From Leucoraja erinacea (Eukaryota), in the NCBI RefSeq assembly GCF_028641065.1, contig NC_073378.1, positions 83,948,001-84,012,000 of the forward strand: 64,000 nucleotides of DNA. The letters are read 5' to 3'. Made by a program: the position numbers and the translations under genes. Positions 49,318 to 60,340 of the stretch are shown here, piece after piece (within the stretch, counting starts at the first letter, position 1; every line of letters starts with the position of its first letter). The notes beneath the pieces are model-generated. The model searched no databases. It saw only the letters and a program-made list of their open reading frames with translations, and had not been told where the DNA came from.

Positions 49318-50029
49318 GGAAATGTTAAATATGCTGCTGGACCTGATTCTGAGGCATTGATTGAACTAAAATATGTTTAGTCATGTCAATTCTTTTGTGC
49401 AATAATAAGCCACATTTCAAAATTGTAAACAATTGCACTTGATTAATTTCAAAACATCTGAATTTTAATTGAATTTGAATATCTACTTTTAATTGATATG
49501 ACCTGGGATGTGGATGAGATAGTGTCATCTGCAATAGTACAATTGAGTAAAAGGTGTATATAAAATAATTCATTCATATTTTATAATTATCTGCTAATCA
49601 GCAGGATTCTTACTCTAAATTAATTAATTGCATTTATTAAGGGAAGATTCAGTCATGAAAATCAATAGTAAATAGAAATGAAAAAGAAGCATTGTATGTA
49701 ATGTTAATGAGAATTGCTATCAATGTGAATTGTATTCACATGATAATGGTATCCGGTATGAATGACAATTAAATACATGACAATGTACCATACAGCTAGC
49801 TTATGTCACAGTATATTTATCTGTGAGACCGTACCATTTTTACCCTATGGGTAACTATGTTTGCAATGTTACTATGGGGTTATGGCCAGCAGGAAAATGT
49901 TAAATATGCTGCTGGACCTGATTCTGAGGCATTGATTGAACTAAAATGAGTTCATAGTATTCTTCTGAGTTGGTATATATCAATGATTATGTTCTACACA
50001 AGGCAACCCATGCCCCTTTGCATTTCATC

Positions 50030-50478
50030 AGATTCTGATTCAGATTCAGATTCAAACTTTATTGTCATTGTGCAGTGTACAAGTACAGAGACAACGAAAT
50101 GCAGTTAGCATCTCACCCAGAAGAGCGAACATAGAATAATGGAACAGTAAATATATATATCTACATACAGTAGCAGTGGTGCAATTTTTCTGGGGGAAGG
50201 AGTGGCCGGGGTGGAGTGACTGGCAATCACCAAGGTGCAGAGTTAAGTTGTGTAACAGCCGCAGGGAAGAAGCTGTTTCTGAACCTGCTGGTCCGGCAAT
50301 GGAGAGACCTGTAGCGCCTCCCAGATGGGAGGAGGGTAGACAGTCTGTGGCTGGGGTGAGAGCAGTCCTTGACGATGCTTCGCGCCCTTCGCAGACATCG
50401 CTTGCTCTGGACACTCAATGGAAGGGAGTGAGGAACCGGTGATGCATTGGGCAGTTTTTCACCACCCTCTGCAGTGCT
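50030..50478 (-). mobile_element. Rex1/Babar-like LINE 3' end
   Basis: RARSIVKDCSHPSHRLSTLLPSGRRYRSLHCRTSRFRNSFFPAAV and an (AGATTC)n tail. Confidence 0.85.
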
Positions 50479-51062
50479 TAGGACTGTCATGCTAAATTCT
50501 GCAAAGTCACTAGGAATCTTTCTGAATCTGGGGTAAAAGTGAATGTGAATTCAGTTGCATAGGAATCGAGTAATAAGTAAATGCTATCTATGTTGGAGAC
50601 CAGTTTATTTCTTGTGTGGTGAAAATTATTCAGTTTAATTGGTTAAGCATGCTAAATTTATAAATTTTAAAGTAGAGAAAGGTATTTTTAGTTGCCAAGT
50701 ATCTTGCATTAATCCATGAAAATTATTTGACAGTGAACGTCTGTAGTATACTAATGTGAAAAAGATAGATGGCATTTACACTAAATATATTAACAATTCA
50801 TTATGTGAATGCTGTTGATACTGCATGCTCATGTATAAAATTATTTTTTTTTACAAAGGGAGCCTCAAAATGAATTCAGTAGAAGAACTGGTAAAACGGG
50901 TATCTGAATGAACAGAAGGAACTGTGCAATATTTTGTTGGCTTATTATGTTTATCTCTGGGTCACGTCAACTGGGGAATATATGTTTTCTCAGGAACAGG
51001 GCCGAATTGTGCTTCAGTTTATGCTACACTGAATAACCAGACACCATAACTTAAGATAGATA

Positions 51063-52958
51063 CAATGCACTCCATAATGTTTGGCACAGACCCATCATTT
51101 ATTTATTTGCCTCTGTATTCCACAATTTGAAATTTGTAATAGAAAAAAAATCACATGTGGTTAAAGTGCACATTGTCAGATTTTATTAAAGGGTGTTTTT
51201 ATACATTTTGGTTTCACCATGTAGAAATTACAGCTAAATTTATACATAGTCCCCACATTTCAGGGCACCATAATGTTTGGGACACATGGCTTCACAGGCG
51301 TTTTTAATTGCTCAGCCTCCTTAATGCAGGTAGAAGAGAGCTCTCAGCACCTAGTCCTTCCTCCAGTCTTTCCATCACCTTTGGAAACTTTTATTGTTGT
51401 TTATCAACATAAGGTCCAAAGTTGTGCCAATGAAAGTCAAAGAAGCCATTATAAAACTGAGAAACAGGAATAAAATTGTTAGAGACATCAGCCAAACCTT
51501 CGGCTTAACAAAATCAACTGTTTGGAACATCATTAAGAAGGAAGAGAGCACTGGTGAGCTTACTAATCGCAAAGGGACTGGCAGGTCAAGGGAGACCTCC
51601 ACAGCTGATGACAGAAGAATTCTCTCTATAATAAAGAAAAAACCCAAACACCTGTCCGACAGATCAGAAACACTCTTCAGGAGTCAGGTGTGGATTTGTC
51701 AATGACCACTGTCCGCAGAAGGCTTCATGAACAGAAATACAGAGGCTACACTGTAAGATGCAAACCACTGGTTAGCCGCAAAAATAGGATGGCCAAGTTA
51801 CAGTTTGCCAAGAAGTAGTTAAAAGAGCAACCACAATTATGGAAAAAGGTCTTGTGGACAGATAAGACGAAGATTAACATATCAGGGTGATGGCAAGAAC
51901 CAAGTATAGAGGAGAGAAGGAACTGCCCAAGATCCAAAGTATACCACCTCATCTGTGAAACACGGCAGTGGGGATATTATGGCCTGCGCATGTGTGGCTG
52001 CTGAAGGTACTGGCTCACTTATCTTCATTGATGATACAACTGCCGATGGTAGTAGCATAATGAATTCTACAGGAAGACAATAATCCTAAACATACTGCTA
52101 AAGCAACAAAGGATTTTTTCAAAGCTAAATAAATTGTCAATTCTCGAGTGGCCGGCAATCAGCCGATCTGAACCCAATTGAGCATGCCTTTTATATGCTC
52201 AAGAGAAAACTGAAAGGGACTAGCCCCCAAAACAAGCATAAGCTAAAGATGGCTGCAATACATGCCTGGCAGAGCATCACCAGAGAAGACACCCAGCAAC
52301 TGGTGAAGTCCATGAATCACAGACTTCAAGCAGTCATTGCATGCAAAGAATATGCAACAAAATACTGAACATGACTACTTTCATTTACATGACTACTTTC
52401 ATTTACATGACATTGCTGTGTCCCAAACATTATGGTGCCCTGAAGTGGGGGGATGATCTATGTATAAACACTGCTGTAATTTCTACATGGTGAAACCAAA
52501 ATGTATAAAAATGGCCTTAATTAAAATCTGATATTGTGCACTTTAACAAATGTGATTTTTTAAATTACAAATCTCAAATTGTGGAGTACAGAGGAAAATA
52601 AATAAATTATGTCTTTGTCCCAAACATTATGGATGGCACCAGTGGTGTAGCGTGGGGGGGTGGCAGTGGGACGGTTGCCCCGGGCACTAAATTTTTAGGG
52701 GCGCAAATAAAATTGTTGAATAAATTTTTTAAATAAAATTAAGAGGCCCGGGGAGCCGTTGGACTGAGGAGAGGTTACCTGGAGCTGTGAGTATAAAAAC
52801 AGCGCGGGCCAGGCCGCCGCTGCTGCCCCAGCTCCGAGTTCTGGTCGCCGCTGCCGCTGTCCCAGCCGCCGCTGCCTCTGCCCCTCCCGCCCCTGCCCCG
52901 CCCCCGCCCCCGCCCCCCCGCCCCCGCCCGCCCCCCCCCGCCCCCGCCCCCCCCCCCG

Positions 52959-52994
<36 letters not shown>

Positions 52995-53110
52995 CCCCCG
53001 CCCCCGCCCACGCCCCCCACCCCCCCCCCCCCCCCCCGCTAATGAGGAGGCGCAAAACTTTAAACTGCCCCGGGCGCTCAAAACCCACCCTACACCACTG
53101 GATGGCACTG
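51063..53110 (+). mobile_element. Defective Tc1-like DNA transposon (IR-DR type)
   Basis: TA at 51061-62 and 53111-12. ~220-bp TIRs with inner direct repeats (51263-51284 and 52419-52440). Broken transposase ~51409-52367 with an HTH (ISQTFGLTKSTVWNII), LWTDKTKIN, EDNNPKH and SADLNPIE. Confidence 0.92.
52640..53100. mobile_element. hAT-type non-autonomous element (MITE) with a GC-rich core
   Basis: TIR CAGTGGTGTAG...CTACACCACTG and a perfect 8-bp TSD GATGGCAC (52632-39 and 53101-08). Confidence 0.9.
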
Positions 53111-53298
53111 TACAAAATGCTGGAGTAACTTAGCGGGGTAGGCAGCATCTCTGGGAAGAAGGAATGGGTGATGTTTCGGGTCAAGACCTTTCTTCTGAAG
53201 AAGTATCTCTCCAGAGATACTGCCTGCCCTGCTGAGTTACTCCTGCATTTTGTGTCTAACTTCTGTGTATAACCAGCATCTGCAGATACTTCCGACAC
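53111..53298. mobile_element. Head-to-head pair of the Penelope-like repeat
   Basis: Minus copy ~53111-53196 abuts a plus copy ~53195-53298. Confidence 0.8.
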
Positions 53299-53777
53299 AA
53301 TAGCACTTCCATGTGGCTTGCCCAATCATCAGCTAAGAATGCTATCACACAGGTTTCAGTTAAACAAACCTATTCCTCCCACAGTCCTTATATTTAGAGT
53401 AGCTCTGTCATGTTTTGAATTTAGCTTTATAGACTTTCTCCATAATATATTGTTCAATATCAATTGAAAATGGAGTTTGTTTGGAGTAAAACATGATCAC
53501 AACCATGAATGGGTTGAATTAATCAGAAATTTGACTGGCATATCTGTGTGCATCTCATCCTTGTGCAGTTGATGCAATTTGCCAGCTGCACTCAGGAACC
53601 TATCCTTCTCTTGAATGGTGGAAGGCAAATAGGATGCACAAGTGATGGTCCTGGGAATGTCCAACACTGGTCATTACACTCATGCTTCACATTGCTGCTG
53701 CAGAGACAGAGATGTATCTTAGAAAGGCCTCAGGGAGATTGCCCCACCCAACACTGTGAACCCAACACATTGTCTAA

Positions 53778-54431
53778 AGGGCCTGTCCCAATTAGGCTAA
53801 TATTTGGTGACTACAGGCGACTAAGCTGTTTCACATGGTCGTGGGGTGACACCTGTATGGTCGTGAGTAGTCTCCTGAAGTCGCCTAAAGAGCCGTAACG
53901 TTTTTCTGGTCGCTGCTGAATTTTGCAATGTTCAAAATGTTTCGGTGACCATGGGCTGGACGTAGCTCTTCTTCTTCTGTCGTTTGTGCTGTTGCAGGTT
54001 GTCGCCAGGATGACGCAGGTTGTCGCCAGGTGACGTTGGTTGTCGCCGGGTACTGACCGGTGAATGCCATTGGCGACTACCTACGTCAACCTACGTCAAT
54101 CAGCGACAGGTACCGGCAACTGAATTGTCTTCAGATGTCTTCAGTTGTCGTCGACAGGGTGTTGCTTGTCGTAGCTTGTTGTGGGTGGATGTAGGTTGAC
54201 TTTGGTTGTCGTAGGTTGTCGCCTGTGTTGTGATAGGTTGTCGTATGTGTGGTTGTAGGTGGACGTCCAAAGTCACGACGATTGGGTTGTTGGTAGCTTG
54301 CCGAAGCTTGACGTCGACTAGGTGATAGGTTGTCGTAGGGGGGGATCCAGTCGCCGCTTTTTCGGTGACCTGCTATGATTGTGACAGTCACCAGCGGTCG
54401 CCGAAAAAATCGCTTATGTGGGACAGACCCT
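53778..54431. mobile_element. PIF/Harbinger-type MITE
   Basis: TIR AGGGCCTGTCCCA / TGGGACAGACCCT, TAA on both flanks (53775-77 and 54432-34), internal GGTTGTCG repeats. Confidence 0.8.
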
Positions 54432-55324
54432 TAACTCTTTTCAGTTTCTTTTTCCCTAAGTTAACCTGCCTTAATCTCCACACGTTTTCCACTTTCACAA
54501 CTCTGCAGACCCTCCCTATCTCTCCTCTTCTCCACTATCTTCCAAATACCCACCTCACTCTAAAATAGCCTGAACTCTGAATCCAGTCTTGCCACATAAT
54601 TACCCATCCCACATCCTAGCCCCTAAACATCAGCCACTAAACCTCCATCCAGGTATCCAGTTTTTGCCAGGCCCTATTCTCCTGATATCCAGCTCCCATT
54701 AGGGCCCCGATTACAAGAGCTCTGACTCTCCTAGTCCAGTCAGCAGGCCTGGCCACTCTATATTTTACATTGCCTTGGAGCTGGTGCATTTTGCAGCAGC
54801 ACACCTATAACCACATCGATCCCCGGCATGCAGTGCCCCTTCAGCATCCTTTTAATGACAATGATGAATTACTCGGCTTATTCCTCTGATCAAAGTTTTA
54901 AACAATAAACTCTGAAAGATTTCAAAGCTTTATGAGAGAGACACTACATGCCTCACCCAGCTCCATTTATCCATTTCTATCTTATTTACATTTTGAAGCT
55001 TTCTGCTGTTTATAAATGTATATCTGTGTGCTTAAGTCATTAAATCATAAGCAGCTAAGAATAGCACACCTTACAATTTCATAGCCTATACTGTCCGGGT
55101 GAGAGAACGCAGGGCATACTTTAGTGCTCAACATTGAAAAGAATCTTTCAGCTTAATCATCTTTGCTCCATTTATGGTGGTTTGTTAACACTTCAAAGTT
55201 TCTTATAATAGCAGGGGTGCTCTCTACCTCTTTAAACCTTGGTATTATTGAATGTTGTGAAATTATTCCCTCCAAAATTAGATGCAGAATCAACTTACTC
55301 CCACTGACCCTTATCCTTATATAT

Positions 55325-55410
55325 GTTTAAGAAAGAACTACAGTGACTGGAAAAATCGAAGGTCAGCAAAAATCCTGGAGAAACTCAGTGGGTGAGGCAG
55401 CAGCTATGGG
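55325..55410 (-). mobile_element. Partial Penelope-like repeat copy
   Basis: GTTTAAGAAAGAACT...GGAGAAACTCAGTGGG is the reverse complement of the 3' half of the 39671 and 60028 copies. Confidence 0.7.
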
Positions 55411-55556
55411 GAGCATTCATTTACATGGATCAAGAGCATAGTGAAATTGGTTTAACGGTTCCTTTTGCCCTGCATTTGCAAAATGATTGTTGTCATTCTT
55501 TCTATTTACCCTGTCGAGTTTTTTTAAATCTGGGTGAAGGCTACAAAAGCACAATA

Positions 55557-55730
55557 NNNNNNNNNNNNNNNNNNNNNNNNNNNNNNNNNNNNNNNNNNNN
55601 NNNNNNNNNNNNNNNNNNNNNNNNNNNNNNNNNNNNNNNNNNNNNNNNNNNNNNNNNNNNNNNNNNNNNNNNNNNNNNNNNNNNNNNNNNNNNNNNNNNN
55701 NNNNNNNNNNNNNNNNNNNNNNNNNNNNNN
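55557..55730. other. Assembly gap
   Basis: Run of N. Further gaps lie at 57207-57409 and 57895-58573. Confidence 0.99.
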
Positions 55731-57180
55731 TACATGTACAATGAAATTAAAAGCTGCTCGTACTCAGTGCATACATATAATTTAGTACAAAAAACAAGAA
55801 AAACAGAAAAACAAAAACAGAAGGGAGAATGGGGGGGGGGGGGGGGGGGATAGGTGCACAATTCTGCGGCGCTATATACATATATACAGATGGAAGTCCG
55901 GGTGTTGGGCTGTGAAGTCAGTGCATGTGTGAATTAATTAAGAGTAGTTATAATTTTCGGAAAACAACTATTTCTGAGTCTATTTGTCCTGGATTTGATG
56001 CACCTATAGCGCCTTCCAGAGGGCAGCAGGTCGAACAGTCCAAACGCAGGATGGGAGCTGTCTTTGATGATATTCTTTGCCCTGCTAAGGCAGCGGGAGG
56101 TGTAGATATCCATCAGGGAGGGGAGAGGGCAACCAATGATCTTCTGTGCTGTCCTAGTTACCCTCTGAAGCCTCTCCCTGTCTGCCATGGTGCAGCTGCC
56201 ATACCATGCTGTAATGCAGTATGTCAGCAGGCTCTCGATGGACGAGCGGTAGAAGGTCAGCAGCAGGTTAGAGTCCAGGTTGTGCTTCCTGAGGACCCTC
56301 AGGAAGTGCAGCCGCTGCTGAGCCTTCTTGATGACCGCTGTCGTGTTGTCCGTCCGGGAGATGTCAGCAGCGATATGGACGCCGAGAAACCGGAAGGTGT
56401 TGACCCTCTCCACACACTTGCCGTTGATGTGTAGGGGGACTAAGTCGGTGCTGTGCCTCCTGAAGTCGACAATGAGCTCTTTTGTTTTCCTGGTGTTCAG
56501 AGCCAGATTGTTTTCTGAGCACCAGGTTGTCAACTTCAGGACTTCCTCTCTGTAGGCTGCCTCGTCTCCCTTTGAAATAAGTCCGACTACAGTAGTGTCG
56601 TCAGCAAATTTGACGATGCGGTTGTTGTTGTGGGCCGGACTACAGTCGTAGGTGTAGAGACAGTATAAGAGGGGGCTTATACACAGCCCTGTGGGGAACC
56701 GGTACTCAACCTGCGAGTGGAGGAGAAGTGGGGGCCGAGTCTCACAGTCTGGGGCCGGTTGGTGAGGAAATCTTTTATCCAGGCACATGTGAGAGTGGGG
56801 AGGCCGAGAGTGACCAGTTTACCAATGAGAATGTCCGGAATGATTGTATTGAAAGCTGAGCTATAATCCACAAAGAGCATCCGGACGTAGCTCTGCCCCT
56901 GCTCCAGATGGCTCAGCACAGAGTGGAGAGCTACGGTAATGGCGTCACCCGTGGATCTGTTTTGGCGATAAGCGAATTGGTGGGGGTCGAAGTCTGGTGG
57001 TAGATAGTCCTTGATGTGCTGGAGGACCAATCTCTCGAAGCACTTTGTGATTACCGGAGTGAGGGCCATAGGGCGGTAGTCATTAAGGCTGGTGATGGGA
57101 GACTTCTTCGGCACTGGGACAATTGTGGCTGATTTTAGGCAGGACGGAATAACTGCCTGGTCCAGGTAGAGGTTGAAAGT
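55731..57180 (-). mobile_element. Rex1/Babar LINE reverse transcriptase, one frameshift
   Basis: [45 protein letters not shown] / [34 protein letters not shown]. Frameshift near 56680. Confidence 0.95.
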
Positions 57181-57409
57181 GTGGAGCAGACATTAAAAAA
57201 TGGCAANNNNNNNNNNNNNNNNNNNNNNNNNNNNNNNNNNNNNNNNNNNNNNNNNNNNNNNNNNNNNNNNNNNNNNNNNNNNNNNNNNNNNNNNNNNNNN
57301 NNNNNNNNNNNNNNNNNNNNNNNNNNNNNNNNNNNNNNNNNNNNNNNNNNNNNNNNNNNNNNNNNNNNNNNNNNNNNNNNNNNNNNNNNNNNNNNNNNNN
57401 NNNNNNNNN

Positions 57410-57894
57410 CCACTTCTGGTCTACGTGGTAAATATATTTGCGCAAAAACGCTGCCCTATATCGCTATGATTTCTTTTGCTATCTTACTCACTGTTCTCCT
57501 CTAATCCAAGACACCAAATTGTGTTCCAATCGGCGAAATAATGGAAAAGTTATGAAGGTGTAAAAAATCGTGAGGTCAGCAGATTGGTCTTCTCGCCTGT
57601 CAGTCACCATGAAGGTAACCGGGCCCCGGAATAAAGCCCCGGAGGCCGGTCGTAAGTCAGTCAGCCTGCCCGGAAGACCATGAGTGAGAGTTGAGTCCAG
57701 GGCTGTGAGTCTACGCCTTGCTGAGTGAATCGTGAGTCTACGCCTTGCTGAGTGAACTGTTAGTCCTCGTGTGCTGAGTGAACTGTGAGCCCACCAGCCG
57801 CGGCTGAGTCCAGAGGTCGAGCTCATTCTGGAAGTCCTGCTCAGTCCACAGTCGCACTCATTCCAGAAATCCTGCTCAGTCCAGAGGTCGCGCT
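57410..57894 (-). repeat. Unclassified repeat related to the 58971 family, with internal tandem units
   Basis: 57410-57500 resembles 59510-59575 in reverse. Tandem GTGAGTCTACGCCTTGCTGAGTGAA units follow. Confidence 0.45.
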
Positions 57895-58599
57895 NNNNNN
57901 NNNNNNNNNNNNNNNNNNNNNNNNNNNNNNNNNNNNNNNNNNNNNNNNNNNNNNNNNNNNNNNNNNNNNNNNNNNNNNNNNNNNNNNNNNNNNNNNNNNN
58001 NNNNNNNNNNNNNNNNNNNNNNNNNNNNNNNNNNNNNNNNNNNNNNNNNNNNNNNNNNNNNNNNNNNNNNNNNNNNNNNNNNNNNNNNNNNNNNNNNNNN
58101 NNNNNNNNNNNNNNNNNNNNNNNNNNNNNNNNNNNNNNNNNNNNNNNNNNNNNNNNNNNNNNNNNNNNNNNNNNNNNNNNNNNNNNNNNNNNNNNNNNNN
58201 NNNNNNNNNNNNNNNNNNNNNNNNNNNNNNNNNNNNNNNNNNNNNNNNNNNNNNNNNNNNNNNNNNNNNNNNNNNNNNNNNNNNNNNNNNNNNNNNNNNN
58301 NNNNNNNNNNNNNNNNNNNNNNNNNNNNNNNNNNNNNNNNNNNNNNNNNNNNNNNNNNNNNNNNNNNNNNNNNNNNNNNNNNNNNNNNNNNNNNNNNNNN
58401 NNNNNNNNNNNNNNNNNNNNNNNNNNNNNNNNNNNNNNNNNNNNNNNNNNNNNNNNNNNNNNNNNNNNNNNNNNNNNNNNNNNNNNNNNNNNNNNNNNNN
58501 NNNNNNNNNNNNNNNNNNNNNNNNNNNNNNNNNNNNNNNNNNNNNNNNNNNNNNNNNNNNNNNNNNNNNNNNNGGAGGGTTTGTGTGTGAGTGAGTAAA

Positions 58600-58930
58600 T
58601 TACTTGGATGGAGAGACTAAATGTACTGTTGCCAAATTTGCTGACATTCCCATATTCTGTTGTGCTGCAGCAAGTAAGAATTTCATTGTCCCGTCCGTTG
58701 ACATATGACAATAAAACACTCTTGACTCTTGACTTGACTAGAAAGGATACAAAGAGGATGCAAATAACCACAGCGGATATTTATAGGTTAAGTGGGTGGC
58801 AAGAATTTGGCAGATGGAAACATGTGTACAGATCCAGCCTCCATAGCTTAAGGAAGGATATGATTCACTCGGTTGATTCCTGGGATGGAGGAATAAATGG
58901 CTGAAGAAAAATTGAGCATGTTGAACCGAT
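58600..58930 (+). mobile_element. Degraded CR1 RT fragment interrupted by a Rex1-like tail
   Basis: AKFAD...DIYRLSGW...WQME, with an inserted ATGACAATAAAACA(CTCTTGA)n at ~58660-58740. Confidence 0.6.
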
Positions 58931-58970
58931 ACTTTAGGCTATGCAGGAATAAAATATATATTTATTGAAA

Positions 58971-59950
58971 TACTAGACTAAGTGGGACCCATTGGTCTGG
59001 TTCCCCAATGCAACACATTCCCCCAACATAATATTCCACCACTCACCTATAGCCCCCAACTGCACAGGTGTGGCTCATTTACGCCATCCCCAGCAATCTT
59101 TCCCCCTCCTTTTCACCCTCCCTCTTCTTTCTCCTCTCCTCCTCCCCTCCTCAACCCCTCCCTCACCTCTCCTTGCCCCTACCACCAGTCCCTCCCTCCA
59201 TAACTCCTCTCCCCTCCATACCCCCTCCTATCCCTCTATCCCCCACCTCCCCATTCCTCACCGTCCATTTCCCCCCCCCCATCCCTCCTCACCCCCCCGT
59301 TGCTGTCCTCTCCCTCTATTTCCCACACCCTACCTCTCCCCACCCCCTACTCCCTCCCTCCCCCCCTCTCCCCCTCCTTACCTCCTCCCTCTTCTTTCTC
59401 CTCTCCTCCCTCCCCCCCCCCCCCCCCCTCCCTCATCTCTCCTTTCCCCTACCCTCAGTTACTCCCCCCCACCGATCGGAACAAAAGTTAGTGCACTTGC
59501 AGCACAGGGGAATGGTGAGTAAGGTGGTGAAAATTGTAGTAGCACTATCACATACCAATGTTGCGAAAATTAAAAAACAATGCAAATCGGGAGATAACAA
59601 GATGAGAGTTTTAGTTACAGTATGTACTAGACTAAATGGGACCCATTTGGTCCCAGTCACACAGGAGGCCTGATCCCCCCAACGCAACCCGTTCCCTCAA
59701 AGCAATATTTCACCACTCACCCATAGCCCCTAACTGCGCAGGCGCGGCTCATTTCCCCTCATTCCTGAGCACTCCCTCCTCTTCCTCTTCATGTGTGGGA
59801 GGGGAGGAGGGGAGGCGGGTGCACGGTGGGAGGGGAGTGGAGGTGTGTGGCAGGGGATGGAGATGGGGCGGGAGAGTGGTGTGTGGGGGGAGGGGGTGGG
59901 AAGGGAGGTGAGTATGTGTTGCATCTCTTGGTGCGTTCTTCAGATGGGGC
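58971..59950 (+). mobile_element. Two tandem copies of a non-autonomous repeat (possibly Helitron/Helentron-like) with C/T-rich cores
   Basis: Both start TACTAGACTAARTGGGACCCATT (58971 and ~59625) and share CCACCACTCACC.ATAGCCCC.AACTGC.CAGG.G.GGCTCATTT. Confidence 0.55.
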
Positions 59951-60027
59951 TGTCGGGGGCTGGTGGGGGAGGCGGAGCATCCCGCACCTGGGGGAGGGGG
60001 ACGGCTTCAGGCAGAGCCTGTCGGGGG

Positions 60028-60153
60028 CTGAAGAAGGGTCTCGACCCGAATCGTCGCCTATTCCTCCTCTCCATAGATGCTGTCTCACCCGCTGAGTTTC
60101 TGCAGCATTTTTGTCTACCTTCGATTTTTCCAGCATCTGCAGTTCTATCTCAC
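60028..60153 (+). mobile_element. Penelope-like repeat copy with hammerhead-like core
   Basis: CTGAAGAAGGGTCTCGACCCGAATCGTC...CCAGCATCTGCAGTT. Confidence 0.8.
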
Positions 60154-60254
60154 AGGCAGTTATTATTTTCAAAGCTGACTTTTTTTAAACTTTAAATATC
60201 AATAACTTCAGGGAATAGAGGTAATTTTCCCCACACATCAAAACAGGTGATATC

Positions 60255-60340
60255 ATAGACAATGAAGAAGATTATCAATAATTCCAGCAGGATCTTGATC
60301 AGCTGTGTAAGTGAGCCAAATAATGGCAAATGGAATTTAA
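60255..60340 (+). mobile_element. CR1 RT fragment
   Basis: DNEEDYQ*FQQDLDQLCK*AK*WQMEFN. Confidence 0.65.

Noticed and set aside
52695-53325. Gly/Pro-rich ORFs
   Set aside because: Artefacts of the C-rich low-complexity core of the hAT MITE.
53980-54340. Repeated GGTTGTCG units that could suggest an array
   Set aside because: Degenerate internal repeats of the Harbinger MITE with no repeat-spacer regularity; CRISPR is not applicable to vertebrate DNA.
57488-58771. 427-aa ORF and other X-containing ORFs
   Set aside because: They read through N gaps.
58992-59673. Pro/Ser/Leu-rich ORFs
   Set aside because: Translations of a pyrimidine-rich tract in a repeat.
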